From: Octopus bimaculoides
Taxonomy: Eukaryota
Assembly: GCF_001194135.2 (NCBI RefSeq)
Contig: NC_068992.1
Span: 68,192,039 to 68,255,266, forward strand
Direction: 5' to 3'
Length of the DNA stretch: 63,228 bases
In this document: positions 11,769-25,514 of the stretch, one piece after another
Position numbering within the stretch: position 1 is the first letter of the stretch
Layout: every line of letters begins with the position of its first letter
The notes under the pieces: generated by a model
The model's database searches: none
What the model saw: the letters and a program-made list of their open reading frames with translations, nothing else
What the model was told of the DNA's origin: nothing
Translations under genes and position numbers: made by a program

Positions 11769-12869
11769 TTTGCTTTCTTCTTTCTTATGTGTGTCCCACC
11801 TTGCTAACTATCAGCCAAACGTCTAATTCGGACGTGGAAATCTGCATAAATAAATAATCGAAACTCATTACGTTTTCCATACTTATTTACTCGGCTCAGT
11901 ATACACATACGATTGCCATTGATTTAAAAAAATATATTTTGTAAAATACTTTCTTATATTTTTCAATCGTTTTCGCTTGATGGATAATCAAAAGGGACAT
12001 TTTCCAATAAGATGTCTTCCTGTCATCTCACTCACCATATTTCTGTTTGTATCCATTGTCATGTGCTTTTCGACTTCAAACTTTAAAACCAAAAAAAACA
12101 AAAAAACAATGATGTTTATAAATGAAAATTATTTCCTTGCACGTCCTGCCTATCAACTTCATCTACACGTCATCCACACAATTCTTCCGTAGTGGGGACT
12201 ATATGATGTATAGGGACCATATGATAGGGACCATAGTAGGGGACGATATGATGTGTTTAAAGCAGCTTATCTTTCTTCAATTATGTTTTATTAGACATTC
12301 ATCTGCAAAGCAAACCCGTTTCTTCACCAATGTTTCTTTCTGTAAAGTTGCAATCATCCATATCTAAGGTTATCTGCTGAACATTTATCAACCGTTCTCG
12401 CACGTCTAATACATTATTACCATTAATGGATTTTTAATCGTTTCCAAACCTGTCAAAGGATCTTTGATTCCAGTAAATGTTTCCTTAGTTTCCCTCATCA
12501 GTTTACTTTTGTTTCTTTCCGCTTTCTTTAGATTTAAACTGACAGCTTTAGCTTTGATGGTAGTTTGATAAGTATATATAACTTTTGATTACCAACATTG
12601 ACTTAGATTGATAAAATTTCAATTATTTTTCGTGTTCCTGCAGTTGTTGAGAATTCAGTGATGGAGCTGCACTTTGTCCACATCGGTTATAAATCTTGCA
12701 TTTCCTAATACTAAACATCATTGATTTCCCGACAGCATTGTTCCGGCATTTATTTCGCTTTTTCTTTCTCTTAGCGGATTCAGCCTTTACTGCATGAAAA
12801 CTATTGCAATAATTTGAGAAATTGGAAATATAATTAACTTAGTAACACAGCTCCTAGTAGCATAATTTC

Positions 12870-12942
12870 TTTTAAAACGTTGACTCTATATCTTGACACG
12901 GTGAAAGTGTACGTACAGAGAACCTACTCCGAACTGTGAGCG

Positions 12943-12973
<31 letters not shown>

Positions 12974-13362
12974 NNNNNNNNNNNNNNNNNNNNNNNNNNN
13001 NNNNNNNNNNNNNNNNNNNNNNNNNNNNNNNNNNNNNNNNNNNNNNNNNNNNNNNNNNNNNNNNNNNNNNNNNNNNNNNNNNNNNNNNNNNNNNNNNNNN
13101 NNNNNNNNNNNNNNNNNNNNNNNNNNNNNNNNNNNNNNNNNNNNNNNNNNNNNNNNNNNNNNNNNNNNNNNNNNNNNNNNNNNNNNNNNNNNNNNNNNNN
13201 NNNNNNNNNNNNNNNNNNNNNNNNNNNNNNNNNNNNNNNNNNNNNNNNNNNNNNNNNNNNNNNNNNNNNNNNNNNNNTATATACACACGCGCTCACAGTT
13301 CGGAGTAGGTTCTCTGTACGTACACTTTCACCGTGTCAAGATATAGAGTCAACGTTTTAAAA
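12870..13362. repeat. ~80-bp inverted repeat (12870-12950 and 13281-13362) around (AT)n plus a gap
   Basis: The arms are reverse complements, identical except for one GT unit. Confidence 0.85.
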
Positions 13363-13383
13363 TATATATATAATTACAAATTT

Positions 13384-13679
13384 GTGAAGGCACATAGCTC
13401 AGTTGTTATAACGTCGAGCTTACAATCGTGAGGTTGTCAGTTTGAGTCCCAGACCGGGTTGCGTGTTGTGATCTTGAGCAAGACACTTTATTTCACGTTG
13501 TTCCAGTTAACTCAGCCGGTGTGCTCCAGTTAACTCAGTGGTGTGGAGAGGGGAAGCTGATATGCATGGGCGACTGCTGGCCTTCCACACACAACCTTGC
13601 CCGGACTTGTGCCTGGGAGGGTAAATTTCTAGGTGCAATCCCATGGTCATTCATGACCGAAGGGAGGGGGGTCTCCTAG
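13384..13679 (+). mobile_element. tRNA-derived SINE with a CORE-like central domain
   Basis: Head gaaggcacatagctcagttgtta...agtttgagtccc; core-like gtgatcttgagcaagacactt; tail ggtgcaatcccatggtcattcatgaccgaag; TSD tacaaattt (13375-13383 and 13680-13688). Relatives at 36630 and 51239. Confidence 0.8.
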
Positions 13680-15190
13680 TACAAATTTAATGTATGACGG
13701 ATTACTAATACGGAATAAGTACCTGCATAATTTTAAAACTGTTGATATTGATTCCGAACAATAATTCATATTTGCTACAGCCACAATCACCGATGTTATT
13801 GCTAACTTAATAATGAATTAACATCTAGTATTAGCGGTTTGGAAAGTTCTACCATACCTTGAAACGTAGATGTGAAGGGTAGAACGCATTGATATTGCAG
13901 AGGAGTCAGTGATAGCGCTCCAACCATACAAGGTTCTTCTATCCAGGAGCACTAAAGAAATCACTGTGGTAGAACTTATACTAGCCTAGAAACAAATATT
14001 TTCATATCTTCAACTAATGAAGATACCAAGACTTTAAATTCTCATCTCAAAATATAGAATACGCCCACATTCTCCGAAAATGGAGCGGTTGCAATTTCTC
14101 TACACCAGAGAAATATTTTTTAGAGAAATTTGACTTGGAACCAAAACAACTTTCGAATCCATTAACAAAATAGCAATATCTGCTGAGAACAGTTTAGTAT
14201 GGTTCTGATTGACAGGAGCCAATAAATATAATCGGTACGTATATGTTGACTATTTCAGACATCACCTGCAAACGGACAAAATATTGGAGGCGCTGTGACA
14301 AGTGTTGCAAATATAGAAAGGTTGGCAAATTTGTGATAACTCTAGTCACCATCAGAGCAACTTGAAATACCTTTTATAAGACCGCTAAAGATTCTGTTTG
14401 GGACTAAGCAGCTCGTTATTCATTTCAACTATTTCTCTTTGAATATATTGCATTATTGCATACATAATAACTGTGTTGTATAGAGAATTCCGTTTAAATT
14501 GTTAGCAACCAAAATAACTCAGTTTATCACATTGTATAAATACACACACATACACGAGCACAAAAAGAACACTAATATATACTTTATGTATGTCGAATTG
14601 CATTCAGCATATTGAAGGAATTTTTAGATAGTTATTTTTCAAAATAATTTTTATTTCATAATCACATTTTATACACCCTAGCTCTATAGTACCAAATATA
14701 AATTACAAGGATGTTAAACATTTTGCACTTAAGTTTTAATGTATACAGTTATATTTATAACGCAAAATAAAATAGAACACATGTTTATAAACACTTTCTG
14801 TGCGCGCATATAAATAACATGTATAATATGTAAACATATATAAATGTATTTAAGATGTGTATGCAGCGTATGTATATATCTATATACGTGTATGCATATA
14901 CAGATGTATGCAATATATATATATATATAATTATACATAAACATATATACATATATATGCTAAATGTATACATATATTTATAAACCATTTACAAATATTA
15001 TGTCAAGAGGTATAGATACATGTGTGTGTGTGCATGTATAATATATACAGGCACACTACATATAAAGGTCCACGATATATACAAACAATTTTACAAATTT
15101 AATAAGAATTTTATATACATGCAACTTTAATACAAATTATAAAATATATATTTTGATATATATTGTGTGTATGTATATAAGTATAACGCG

Positions 15191-15249
<59 letters not shown>

Positions 15250-18200
15250 ATATATATATATATAGCGGGCGCGTTCCAACACATTGATAAAATGGCACAA
15301 TACATAATAGGGAAGTTTTTACGTGCATACTTTTTTTATAAAGCATCGTTTTCGTAAATGTAATTAAATGAAATCTATCCATTAGGTATAATAACCGGTC
15401 GAATTTGGTTTTCCTGTTATAACATACACCACATTTGCGCGTGTGTGATTTTTCTTGAAAGCAGATTGCTTAGTGGCTATCGTATGAGGTTTTTGATTGT
15501 TAGGATTAAAGACTAACCGCGGCGTCGTTTCCATAAAACGGGGCTCGCGTTGAGTCCTTAATCAGGGTATTTCATTTTGTAATGCTCCCACCTACCCTGA
15601 TGAATATGCGTACCAACTGACTGCTTGTGCAAATCTCTGTCTCGAGCAGTCACCGTACAAATCCTCCACTGGGTTAAATGTAAGACTGTGGAAGTTGCCC
15701 GTCTCCTTCAGACATCTAAAACAACTTGCGAAAAGTAAAACGGGGCATTTCAGTAACGTAAACTATATATATTTAATGGGAATTAGTTTTTGACTCTCGT
15801 AATTGACTTTATCAACACAAGTAAATTTTTCTCTCGGTTTATTGGTGGTCCCTTATTGATTGATCTATAATTGCAGTCGTGTATTCGAAGCTTAAATGTT
15901 GGGCATTTGAAAAACTAAATAGAAATATAATCATTTAATTCAAAACTTTTTTGTCAAATATCCTAGATAATATGCTCTTCAATCGTCCTAATATAACATA
16001 TTAGCGTTGCCGTTGTGTAATATAATACACACTTCATGAATACTGGATCGATAGTAGCGTATGCAGAACAACCTGCACCTAAGTAACACTGTTGGGTTGT
16101 AGAATCAGATAAAATACATTCGCGTACAAGCGCACACATTATGAATAATGTTAAGATCTAATTGTATTCATACATACATTGAAAATTATGCATTTGTAAT
16201 TACATAATTCTGTGTAAATAATTTACATAATTGTGTGTATATGCCTATATATGTGTATACAAATGTGTGTATATTTATATGTACATATGTGTGCGTGTGT
16301 ACTGTTTATTTATGCATATTTATATATGTATTTATACATGGTTACATATATACTGAAATATTTATGTAGTTATGAAATGACACATACATGCACACATATC
16401 TAAGTACATATTCTGTTTGTATATACACAGGCAAAAACATTAGGTTTATGTACACAAATAATTTAAGATTTTACATAATGTACTTAGACATACAGGTATA
16501 ATTGCGTACACACACACTCACACAGATTGACTTCCTAATTGAAACACGTTCAAATTTGGTGATCAAGTCATTGAGTGATGCTTATTTTGTTGACCTGTGA
16601 CACTGAAAGGCAATGCTGACACCGGTTAAATATGAAGTAGAAATTTAAATGTTTGAAGCTATTTGCTTGAAGGTTTCGTGTGCATTCCATAACCAATTCA
16701 CCTCATTTTATAATACAATATCATACAGCATACTGTATTGTAATTTATATGGAATTATATAGAATTCACATAATGAATTTTCACAATAGTAACTTCTAAT
16801 TATGAAGTCCTTTCGTGATTCTGTATCTGTTAGTGTGTAATTTACTGCACGATGCGGAAGTGATTCTTGAGATAAATCTTTTGTGTAACAGAAATATATA
16901 TAGTAGAAGCTTCAAGTGCAAGCAGTGTAAACTTATAAACACAAATGTGTTGTTGGAGAAATTTTACATGGCAAAAACCAGGAGAGGGTTAAGACAGGCA
17001 TTTACTTTTCCCAGCATCCACTTCAACACATAAATATATTTTCTTTTTTAAGTGGAATAATCACACCCATAAATTTCTCTTCCACTCTCAACTTCTGAAT
17101 TGTTCTTATTTCTTTTGCCATAATCACATTTATATTATTCATTCTACCCTTTAATCTATTATACACAAGAACTATTCATCTTCCTAGCACCAAACTGTAG
17201 TTTTTTAATGCTAAATCTCTCTAAGCTATCAAATTTCATTGTAGGAACGTATGTGTGTATAGAAAACGTAACCAGTTTATTTTTCTTGGATCACACAGAG
17301 TATGACTTATGCGTCTCAACTCATAGTATTTGACTTATCGAGTTTATTACTTACATTTATTTATTTTTGCGTCTCAGCTTTTTAATGATTACCCTTAAAA
17401 TGACGTCGAGAAGTCATGAACCAGTTTTTTCATTCCAAACGATATTGCATCCCCTCTCTCTGCTTGGGGGGGGGGGAGCGAAGCGGGTTCCTGCTTCTGC
17501 TTCCAGCTTTGTTTTACTTTCGACTTCAAACTACTTCAGCTTCATTCACGTGCAGGTTGCGCGTTGCTAAAGAATGGATTTCTGCTGTTTTTGCTTTTGG
17601 TGGGGTTTTTTCAATTGCTTATTGATAAATATCTTACTCTACTGATAGAAAATTATACAGGTGTATAATACGACACTGGAAAAGTTTATGTTCCTGTTAT
17701 AATCACACTTTCTTGCTTTGACCTCTGTCACATATTCAGTGGTACAATAGATGCTACTGGTTTTCAGGAATGTCTGTTCGAAGGAGAAAAATTAATGCCT
17801 ATGTTTGCAATGCTGAGCAATAATTATGCGTTCGTCTCAGAAAGTTTTGTCCAATACAAATCGCTATTCGGTCCTCCACAAAATATACAAATGTATACAA
17901 ACTCATTTTCCCGCACACAACTCTTCTTGTTTTGCATTTGATACCACTTCAGGTTTGTTTTTAAATACCTCGTCTCCGCCTAATATTTCTGAAATGTGAT
18001 ACACTACACAAATTCCGTACACGTGTACACCTATCCATACGTAGAAACAAACACATACATACACGCACACATTCATACACGCGCATACAAAAGCACAAAA
18101 TCAAGAAGCAATGGTAATTAAGCAACTACATTTATGCATGGAAATTTTGAAGTTATACGATGAACTGTGCCCACCATGTTTGCCTTCGTCGTCTTCGATG

Positions 18201-19270
18201 ATGTGTTTGAACTGGACTGTTAGATTCAATGTAGTTTGATTTAAGGGAATGATGTTCATATAAAATGGTTTTGAATTTTTAAAAAATTGTCAATGGATGT
18301 TTAGTATTACAAATAACGTAAAGATAGCTATATATAATAAGGTATTATCTCTTGGTGAGAGTAGTAAAACAACAAAAACTGTAAATAAACGATATACTAC
18401 CAATTGATACACGTGATTTAAAATATCCATTTATGTTTTAGAATTCGTTTATTTATTAATGTAATTCTGATTGGTTACGTAATTCTTTTGTATATTTATA
18501 TTTTCAGTGTAATGGCTCGATATATATTGATGAAACTAAAAATTCTATCAACTTTATGACCATTACCATTAATACATCTATGTGATTTTATTAATACGAA
18601 TCATATTTTATCACTTGAAATTATATACTTTCATATTTATAGGCTCCCGTACATCATTTCATTTTCTTTTTTCTTTTACGTTTTCTAATAACTATTCCAG
18701 TTCATTGACATTGACAAACGTTTTCGTAATTTTTTTATTATTTCAAATAATATTCTGCTTTCTTGTACCATGTGAGATGCCAAAAACACCGTGATTACTC
18801 CTAGATAATATAAAGCTCTCTTCTCCCATGTTACTAACTCTTAGTTAATAAATGTCTTAAAATTAACCATTACCCTTTATCCTAAATCTTAACGTATCAC
18901 ACGCTGACACACACACACACAGGCACTAGCCCGCACTCGTACATACATATAAAAGTCAATTTTTACGTTATAAAAATTTTACAGAAGAATCGCGAGACTT
19001 GTAAGAGCCAACATTTTAACACACACCTGCAATAGTTTATTAATAATTTCTATTGGATTGCTTCTTGCATTTTTTTTTAATGGAAATAAACAATATGTAC
19101 GTATGTATGTATATGAACATGCATGTGCGCGCTTGAGTGTGTACGAGAGAGATACCACGTGAGTGAGCAGCGAGAAAATATAAATACACAGAAAGACTGG
19201 CATTTGGAAATGTATAAGTATAGAAGAGTGTTTATATACACAAACCTGCATATGCATATTTACATGTATC

Positions 19271-19316
<46 letters not shown>

Positions 19317-19551
19317 CACATATATATAAATATATATATATATGAATGTGTGTATCAATTTTTTTATATGTATAGATTTCTCAGTGTCATTTCGTTTTAG
19401 CGCAATAAACGAAATAGCTTTCCGCCTATCCAGTTATATACACCCGTATATACAAATTGAATATAGTTGTGTGTATGTGAGTGCCTGCGATTATATGCTT
19501 CTATGTATGTAAGTTTGCATGTACTTCTTTATACATTTCTTTCTATTTTTT

Positions 19552-19557
19552 TTTATT
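19552..19557 (-). terminator. Candidate polyadenylation signal (AATAAA) about 70 nt after the transporter stop codon
   Basis: tttatt on the + strand. The region is AT-rich, so a chance occurrence is likely. Confidence 0.25.
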
Positions 19558-19627
19558 TAATAAAAGAATTTTTAGTTGACAAGTTGGTTATACAAACGTC
19601 TTTTTTAATATAATTAATATACAGGAA

Positions 19628-19755
19628 TCAATATGACGTTGTTAGATTTTCTGTGACGCTATCTGAGGCAGGTATTTCGTATAGAATAACTTCTTGATCT
19701 TCCAGGTCTCTTTCTTTGCTTTTATGAATGCCATAGCCAAAATATACTAAAAGAC
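19628..19755 (-). CDS. Cationic amino acid transporter (SLC7 CAT family), last coding exon
   Basis: Acceptor ...cttgcAG|GT CTT TTA GTA TAT TTT GGC TAT GGC ATT gives (G)LLVYFGYGIHKSKERDLEDQEVILYEIPASDSVTENLTTSY*. YFGYG is the hallmark CAT C-terminal motif, and phase 1 matches the donor at 30351. Confidence 0.9.
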
Positions 19756-20289
19756 CTGCAAGTAAAAGAAAGCATAAAAATGTTATTAATATTTAAAATG
19801 TCCAGCTTCGGAAGTGGCATTAACGCAACGACTGCCATTCAATCGTTAGTACGGAGGTCTTGAGTTTACAGATACAAAACCAAACATGATAAAATCTTAT
19901 TTGTAGTTCCTCAGTTTTGCCTTGTTAGCATTTGGTTCAGACATTATTATAGCTGATTTTAAGAATAAAAATAATACTTTATTTCAATAAAATAATAAAT
20001 AATTTATTTCTATAAATTAAAAATATGAAATTATTAAACAATATTGTGTAGTGATCCATTAAAAATATCAAATTTTTTATGAAACTGTTGTGATTGTAAA
20101 ATGTAAATTATGTAATTCTTGATTGTAATATATTATTGATTATATATTATACATTATTGATTTTTACGGAATAATTATTGATTTTCTTATTATTCTGTCT
20201 TCATATAAATTATTATGAACTAACAATGTCTTTATTATCGAACAATATTGTGTAGGTCTGAAATGGCTTCCATTTTTTATGGCTACGAA

Positions 20290-20344
20290 TTCTCTGGGAA
20301 CCACTGGTGGGCCCCAGGGACCACGGTGGGAATCACTGCTCTAG
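20290..20344 (+). mobile_element. Possible hAT/MITE terminus
   Basis: gggaaccactg...ggaccacggtgggaatcactg followed by ctctag resembles the CAGTGGTTCCCAA-type terminal repeat and target sequence of hAT elements. Confidence 0.3.
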
Positions 20345-21400
20345 GGTATGGTATCAATCTCTTGAGTCTTTCGCGATAGCTTATATGCTGCATAGAGGCT
20401 ATCTTTTTCGCATAGCTTCGTTGAATTGCTTCAAGTTCTGTAATTAATTTGACACTGGTTGGTGACCATAGCTGGGAGCAATGGTCAAAGCGATTAGGAC
20501 AAGTGTCCTCCAGACGATCATCAAGGTTTCCTGATCTCTCGTTCTAAACTTTCTAAGAATCCATCCAGGTCAGCCGCCTGCATTTCGTTACCAACTTAGC
20601 AACATGCACATGGAAGGATGCATTATTCCTCATGTAAGTGCGCAGGTCTCGCACTGACTGAGTCTCTGGGATTGCAATCCCTCCAGGTCCAGTGTATTTA
20701 ATTGGTATTGCATTTAGTTTTGCCTGCTGACAGCACAAGGGTTGAAACTTTTCAGCATGAAACTGCATGCTATTCTTATCAGTCCACTTGTATATTTCAT
20801 ATTCTGGCTCCCTTTGTGACTGAAGGTATATCTAACAAGGCCATTATAATCAGTAGTGGTCCCAAAACAGTGCCTTGCGGAACACCACTCACTCTTTGCG
20901 TGTCACTGGAGGCGGCCTCATTGACTACTACCAACTAATTTCTATCCTTCAGAAAGTCATGCAGCCATTCTCCCAATTTCCCGACTATGCCGAGATCACG
21001 CAGTTTGTGACATATCATTCCATGATCGACTTTATCGAAAGCTTTCGTAAACTCGATACATATCACATCCACGTTTGAGTGGTTGAGCAGCTGTTTCAAC
21101 AACCGGTCATAGTGTTGTAAGAGCTGAGTCAAGCAGCTTCGGAAACCATGTTGGGTGTCAGTCAGCAAGTCTTTTTCCTCAAGGAAGGTAATTAGTTTTC
21201 TTCAGACACTTCGTTTCACGACTTTTCTGATGTGCAAAGTCACAGAGATAGGTCTGTAGTTCTTGACCTCAGCTCTCCTTCCTCCTTTATGAATTAGACG
21301 TATTTATGAATTAGACGTTCGGGGAATTGCCAGACGTTTCATGCAGTAAGTCAGTGCTGATCATTTACTTTATCCAGCAACTGTTCATTAATCTTCAAAA
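20345..21400 (-). mobile_element. CR1-clade LINE reverse transcriptase remnant in the last intron
   Basis: IHKGGRRAEVKNYRPISVT; QHGFRSCLTQLL; VDVICIEFTKAFDKVDHG; GVPQGTVLGPLL; SVRDL; WSPTSVKLITELEAIQR; SYRERLKRL. The YADD segment is deleted and there are frameshifts. Confidence 0.85.
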
Positions 21401-24138
21401 TAGACTATAACTGGTCTAGTTTGCCGCTAGATGGGTGTTGTTCGCTCCGTTGTTTGCAATTAATCGGACATAGTTATGGTGTCGGTGACAAGCTGGAGGA
21501 GGTATACTCCTAGGGTTAAAAACAGTAGTAATATTGTCCTATGCAGAAGAACCACATTGAGGTGGTAACAACCATTAATTTACATTTAAACCGTTGACAA
21601 TGATTTCGATGATTCACCACTGAATAGATTGTCTATACAGTTATATGCTTGGTTCAAAATAGTGAATTTTTTTTTTTCGTGTTCAAACCCTAAAATTGAT
21701 TGTATTCACTCAATCCTATTGGACTTTTGCAAGGCATTTTTTCTATCATATACCAAATCGCCTTACATAGGGTAAATCCTTTTATTCGGTTATTAATGAC
21801 TCTCATTTGTTTTTCAGATTACATGTTTATTAAGTTATTACATTTCGCTCTTTAGTGTTTTCTTGTAAAGAAACAAAAGGAATACTATTCCAAAGTATAT
21901 ACTCTATTATATACGGAGTTTCAAATAGCAGACATCAGCATTATTAGTGTAACAACACATATGAACGGATTTATAGGACTAATAGCATAATATTGTAATG
22001 TAGTATCGATTAGTTTCACTGATTATCTCAGCTGTCCCGATTCCGACCAACGAGGAAAAAGCTGTACTTGTTCGAAATGCTGTAATTCGTTATACCCGAA
22101 ACAATCCTCGTTATCTCTCTGTGGAGACACAGAGAGAGAGAGAGAGAGAGAGAGACACACACACACACGCACACATAATTACGTTTAATCGTTTCAAAGT
22201 TTGCGTGCATACATTGTGTAAGGTGGATAAATTTACCACACGGTTCACCTAATCACATGACATGCACATAACGCTCACATGATTCACTGATCCATAAAAT
22301 TGCTTATTTTCGATCGGATGACAAGAAGGGATTAGCCCGACCGCCATAAATCACACTCATTAATGCTTTTCATTATTATATCGCTAATACGGGATGTCGG
22401 GATAATAACCGTCTCGTTTAATGAGCTTCAAATAGACATTAATGATGCAGGAAATCAAGAAATAAATGTAAAATAATGGAATCATTCCTTTTCTTTTTAT
22501 ATTGACTTTGTATTCGTTGATATTATTTTTTCCAATGGGTGGGTTGACTGCGTATCTGAGGAGCTGGTGAAAGTACCAATTTCTCAATCGGAATTGTTAA
22601 CATCCTGAAAGCATTTAATTCTGAGAGACTCAGATCTGGTTGTTAATCTGTTTCATGCCAAAGAAAATATGGAGAAAAAACAACTAAGCAGTAATGCAAT
22701 CCATATAGCCAAGAGCTTTATCTCGATGGTTTGTGAATTTAATGTACTCAGATTTTAATTTAGAGAAGATTGTATTCCTATTCTTTCTCCCAAGTCTCTA
22801 ATTCTTGCAGAAATCCATCATCATGTTTAGCTTTATAAATGCTATCAGTTGCGTAGCAATATCGATTATATCAAGTTTGAGAGGCAATTTTGTTTCTGAA
22901 TTTTGCTACATGCTCATTCTCATTTTATTTATTTTACTTTATACGTTTTGAAGTAGCAAGGTTAAGCAGAATCTCTTGCTATATCTAGTTATATATCTTT
23001 AAATTCTAGGCTCAATATTTTACAGGGTAATGATTTTTGTTGTCGCAAATTATTTCATCAATTATCAACCAAGTTACCCGCAGTAACCATCCATCGTGTT
23101 CCTATTAGAGTAGTGGAATTTGAGATTTAACTGCAATTGCAAGCAATTCAAATGACATTTAATGTATTGACGCGTTTGAGCGAATAAATAGTTTTTGATA
23201 TTGTTAAGTTTTTATTTTTATTTTTGGTGATCTTACGGAACCGAATATTGATCAAATCAAATAATGATAAGCCCGTTTCTTTTTTTCTCTATCAAATCCA
23301 GGCTGGCAATATCTTTTCTGCCAGTCTTTACACCCTACAATCCGATATTTTGTAATTTTCTGTGTTGCATTCACCGATGGCGAATGCTTCCAAAATCCAC
23401 GGCTGGACAACCCTATCGAAAACTTTCTGTTCAATACGTTGCATGCCCAGACACTTCTTTACACGTCCACAGAATTTCGTTAAGTTTCGAACTATCTGTA
23501 ACTAATTATTAATATAATTAGTACACACAAGAACAAAAAGGTGAATTTAGACATCCTGGATGGACTATGCATATGACAAAGGGGATAAGCTGCTCCGAGA
23601 AATTTCTATCAAAAAAATGTATAAATTCCACGAACTGTAGTTCTCACTTATGTTTATGTAAACAAAGATGAACGACAAAAAGTCGTGATAAACAAGTGAA
23701 CAGGAAATCTGAAAAATGGTTAGAATCACTCTATATGAGACATATGGACCCAGGTGAACATAATGCTAAAATTGAATATAAACTAAGGAAAATAAGATTG
23801 AAGTCGATGGCCTCAAGCAGAAACGTCATGCTTCGAGTGTGAGAGGGCGAGATCAGCAGACGAAATTTCACCGTCGGAGTGACAGATTTCTTGAGACGTT
23901 TAGTTTCCCAGGAGCATCATGCTCATTAGCGTTAGTGTTGATTAGTTCATATCTTGGATATCTTTACAGATTGTAAGTGAGGAGTTGACAAAAGTAGTGT
24001 TATGCCCAATGCACACCTGTACCAGAATTTCCCAGTTTCCACTACGTCAAAATGTCTCTAGAGACGCGCAACTCTGAGTCGAGTGTACCTCCTCTATTTC
24101 TCTTTTCATTCACAACACTACGCCTATTTTTACCACTC

Positions 24139-24216
24139 TTAATTATCATTCATTATTTATCATTAATTATCATTAATTATCATTAATCATCATTATTTAT
24201 CATTAATTATCATTCA
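24139..24216. repeat. 11-bp minisatellite (ttaattatcat)n, about 7 degenerate copies
   Basis: Read directly from the sequence. Confidence 0.85.
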
Positions 24217-24823
24217 TATGACTCTAAATACCCTAATTTTATTTACCGATGGCTATATAAAATCGGACAGGTCGACGTTTCAAAGTCACAGTTTTATCTT
24301 GTAAAAGATAAAATAATACACACAAAAGTAAAAGATATAGAATATTCATTCCATTTAATTTTACATTTTAAATATAAGTTGGTATAAAAACGTTTGTATG
24401 TGTACTTTTAGACATTGATATGCTGCTATATATATATATATATATATNNNNNNNNNNNNNNNNNNNNNNNNNNNNNNNNNNNNNNNNNNNNNNNNNNNNN
24501 NNNNNNNNNNNNNNNNNNNNNNNNNNNNNNNNNNNNNNNNNNNNNNNNNNNNNNNNNNNNNNNNNNNNNNNNNNNNNNNNNNNNNNNNNNNNNNNNNNNN
24601 NNNNNNNNNNNNNNNNNNNNNNNNNNNNNNNNNNNNNNNNNNNNNNNNNNNNNNNNATATATTATTATATGTATTTATTTTCTACAAGTTAATAATTAAC
24701 TCGGACAAAATAAATTTGTTAATAGATACCAGGGTAACAAAGATCACAAAATGACTGTGGTGTAACTCCTGTTTATGAGGTTGAGACTCCTTGTTATTTT
24801 GGGTACTTGAGTAAAAATATAAT

Positions 24824-24908
24824 TTTAGTAAATGGAGTAAAACGCATATTTTAAATGAATTCTTTTAAAGAATTCATTTAAAATATACGTTTTACTCCAT
24901 TTACTAAA
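24824..24908. repeat. 85-bp near-perfect palindrome
   Basis: tttagtaaatggagtaaaacgcatattttaaatgaattcttt-t-aaagaattcatttaaaatatacgttttactccatttactaaa, with one mismatch between arms. Confidence 0.9.
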
Positions 24909-25514
24909 TATATATATATATATATGAGAGACAGACATGCTCTAGTGACTCTTTTCATACATATACATCCATGTGTGTACGTATTCGTATATGGTATGAA
25001 TATAGACTCATATGAATACTTATTTTGCCAGTGGTCAAATGCAAACTTGTGTAAATAGATCCGTTTTCCTAAAAGCGTTATCAGTGTTAGGGAAGCAACT
25101 AGCGAATACTCATGTTGCAGCTTTAAGGAAATGAAGCCATATTAATGCTATCGGATTAGCAAAGGTATAGCTCTCATCAATTATGCCTGACTGCTAGTCG
25201 CAGCTATTAACTTATTCTTATCTCATATCTTGCGAGAAGCCAATATTTTACCGCTGCTTCCCTGGCTGAGCGATGAATGTGTTTGTGAAAGTAAAATCCG
25301 TGACTAAATTTAACTATTACTTTTGCAAGACATTCAATACTATGTAGGCTCATCGTAGATTCCTTTTAGCTTTCTATAAATTTGTGCATGATGAAGTAAA
25401 TGTTGTTAAAATGGGAATATCTTCTTTCTTTGCGTACCATGTCCAGAATGTAAGACAGGTAATCGTGTATTGCCACAATTATCTGTTTTTGTTTTGTGTA
25501 ACTGATACACTTCA

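Noticed and set aside
15561-15610. 9-bp stem atcagggta/taccctgat overlapping CUGAUGA as a hammerhead
   Set aside because: Position 17 would be G, and there is no downstream GAAA.
22550-22585. CTGAGGA-gctggt-GAAA-gtacc as a hammerhead
   Set aside because: Stem II is only 2 bp, U16.1 is missing and stem I is only 2 bp; consistent with chance.
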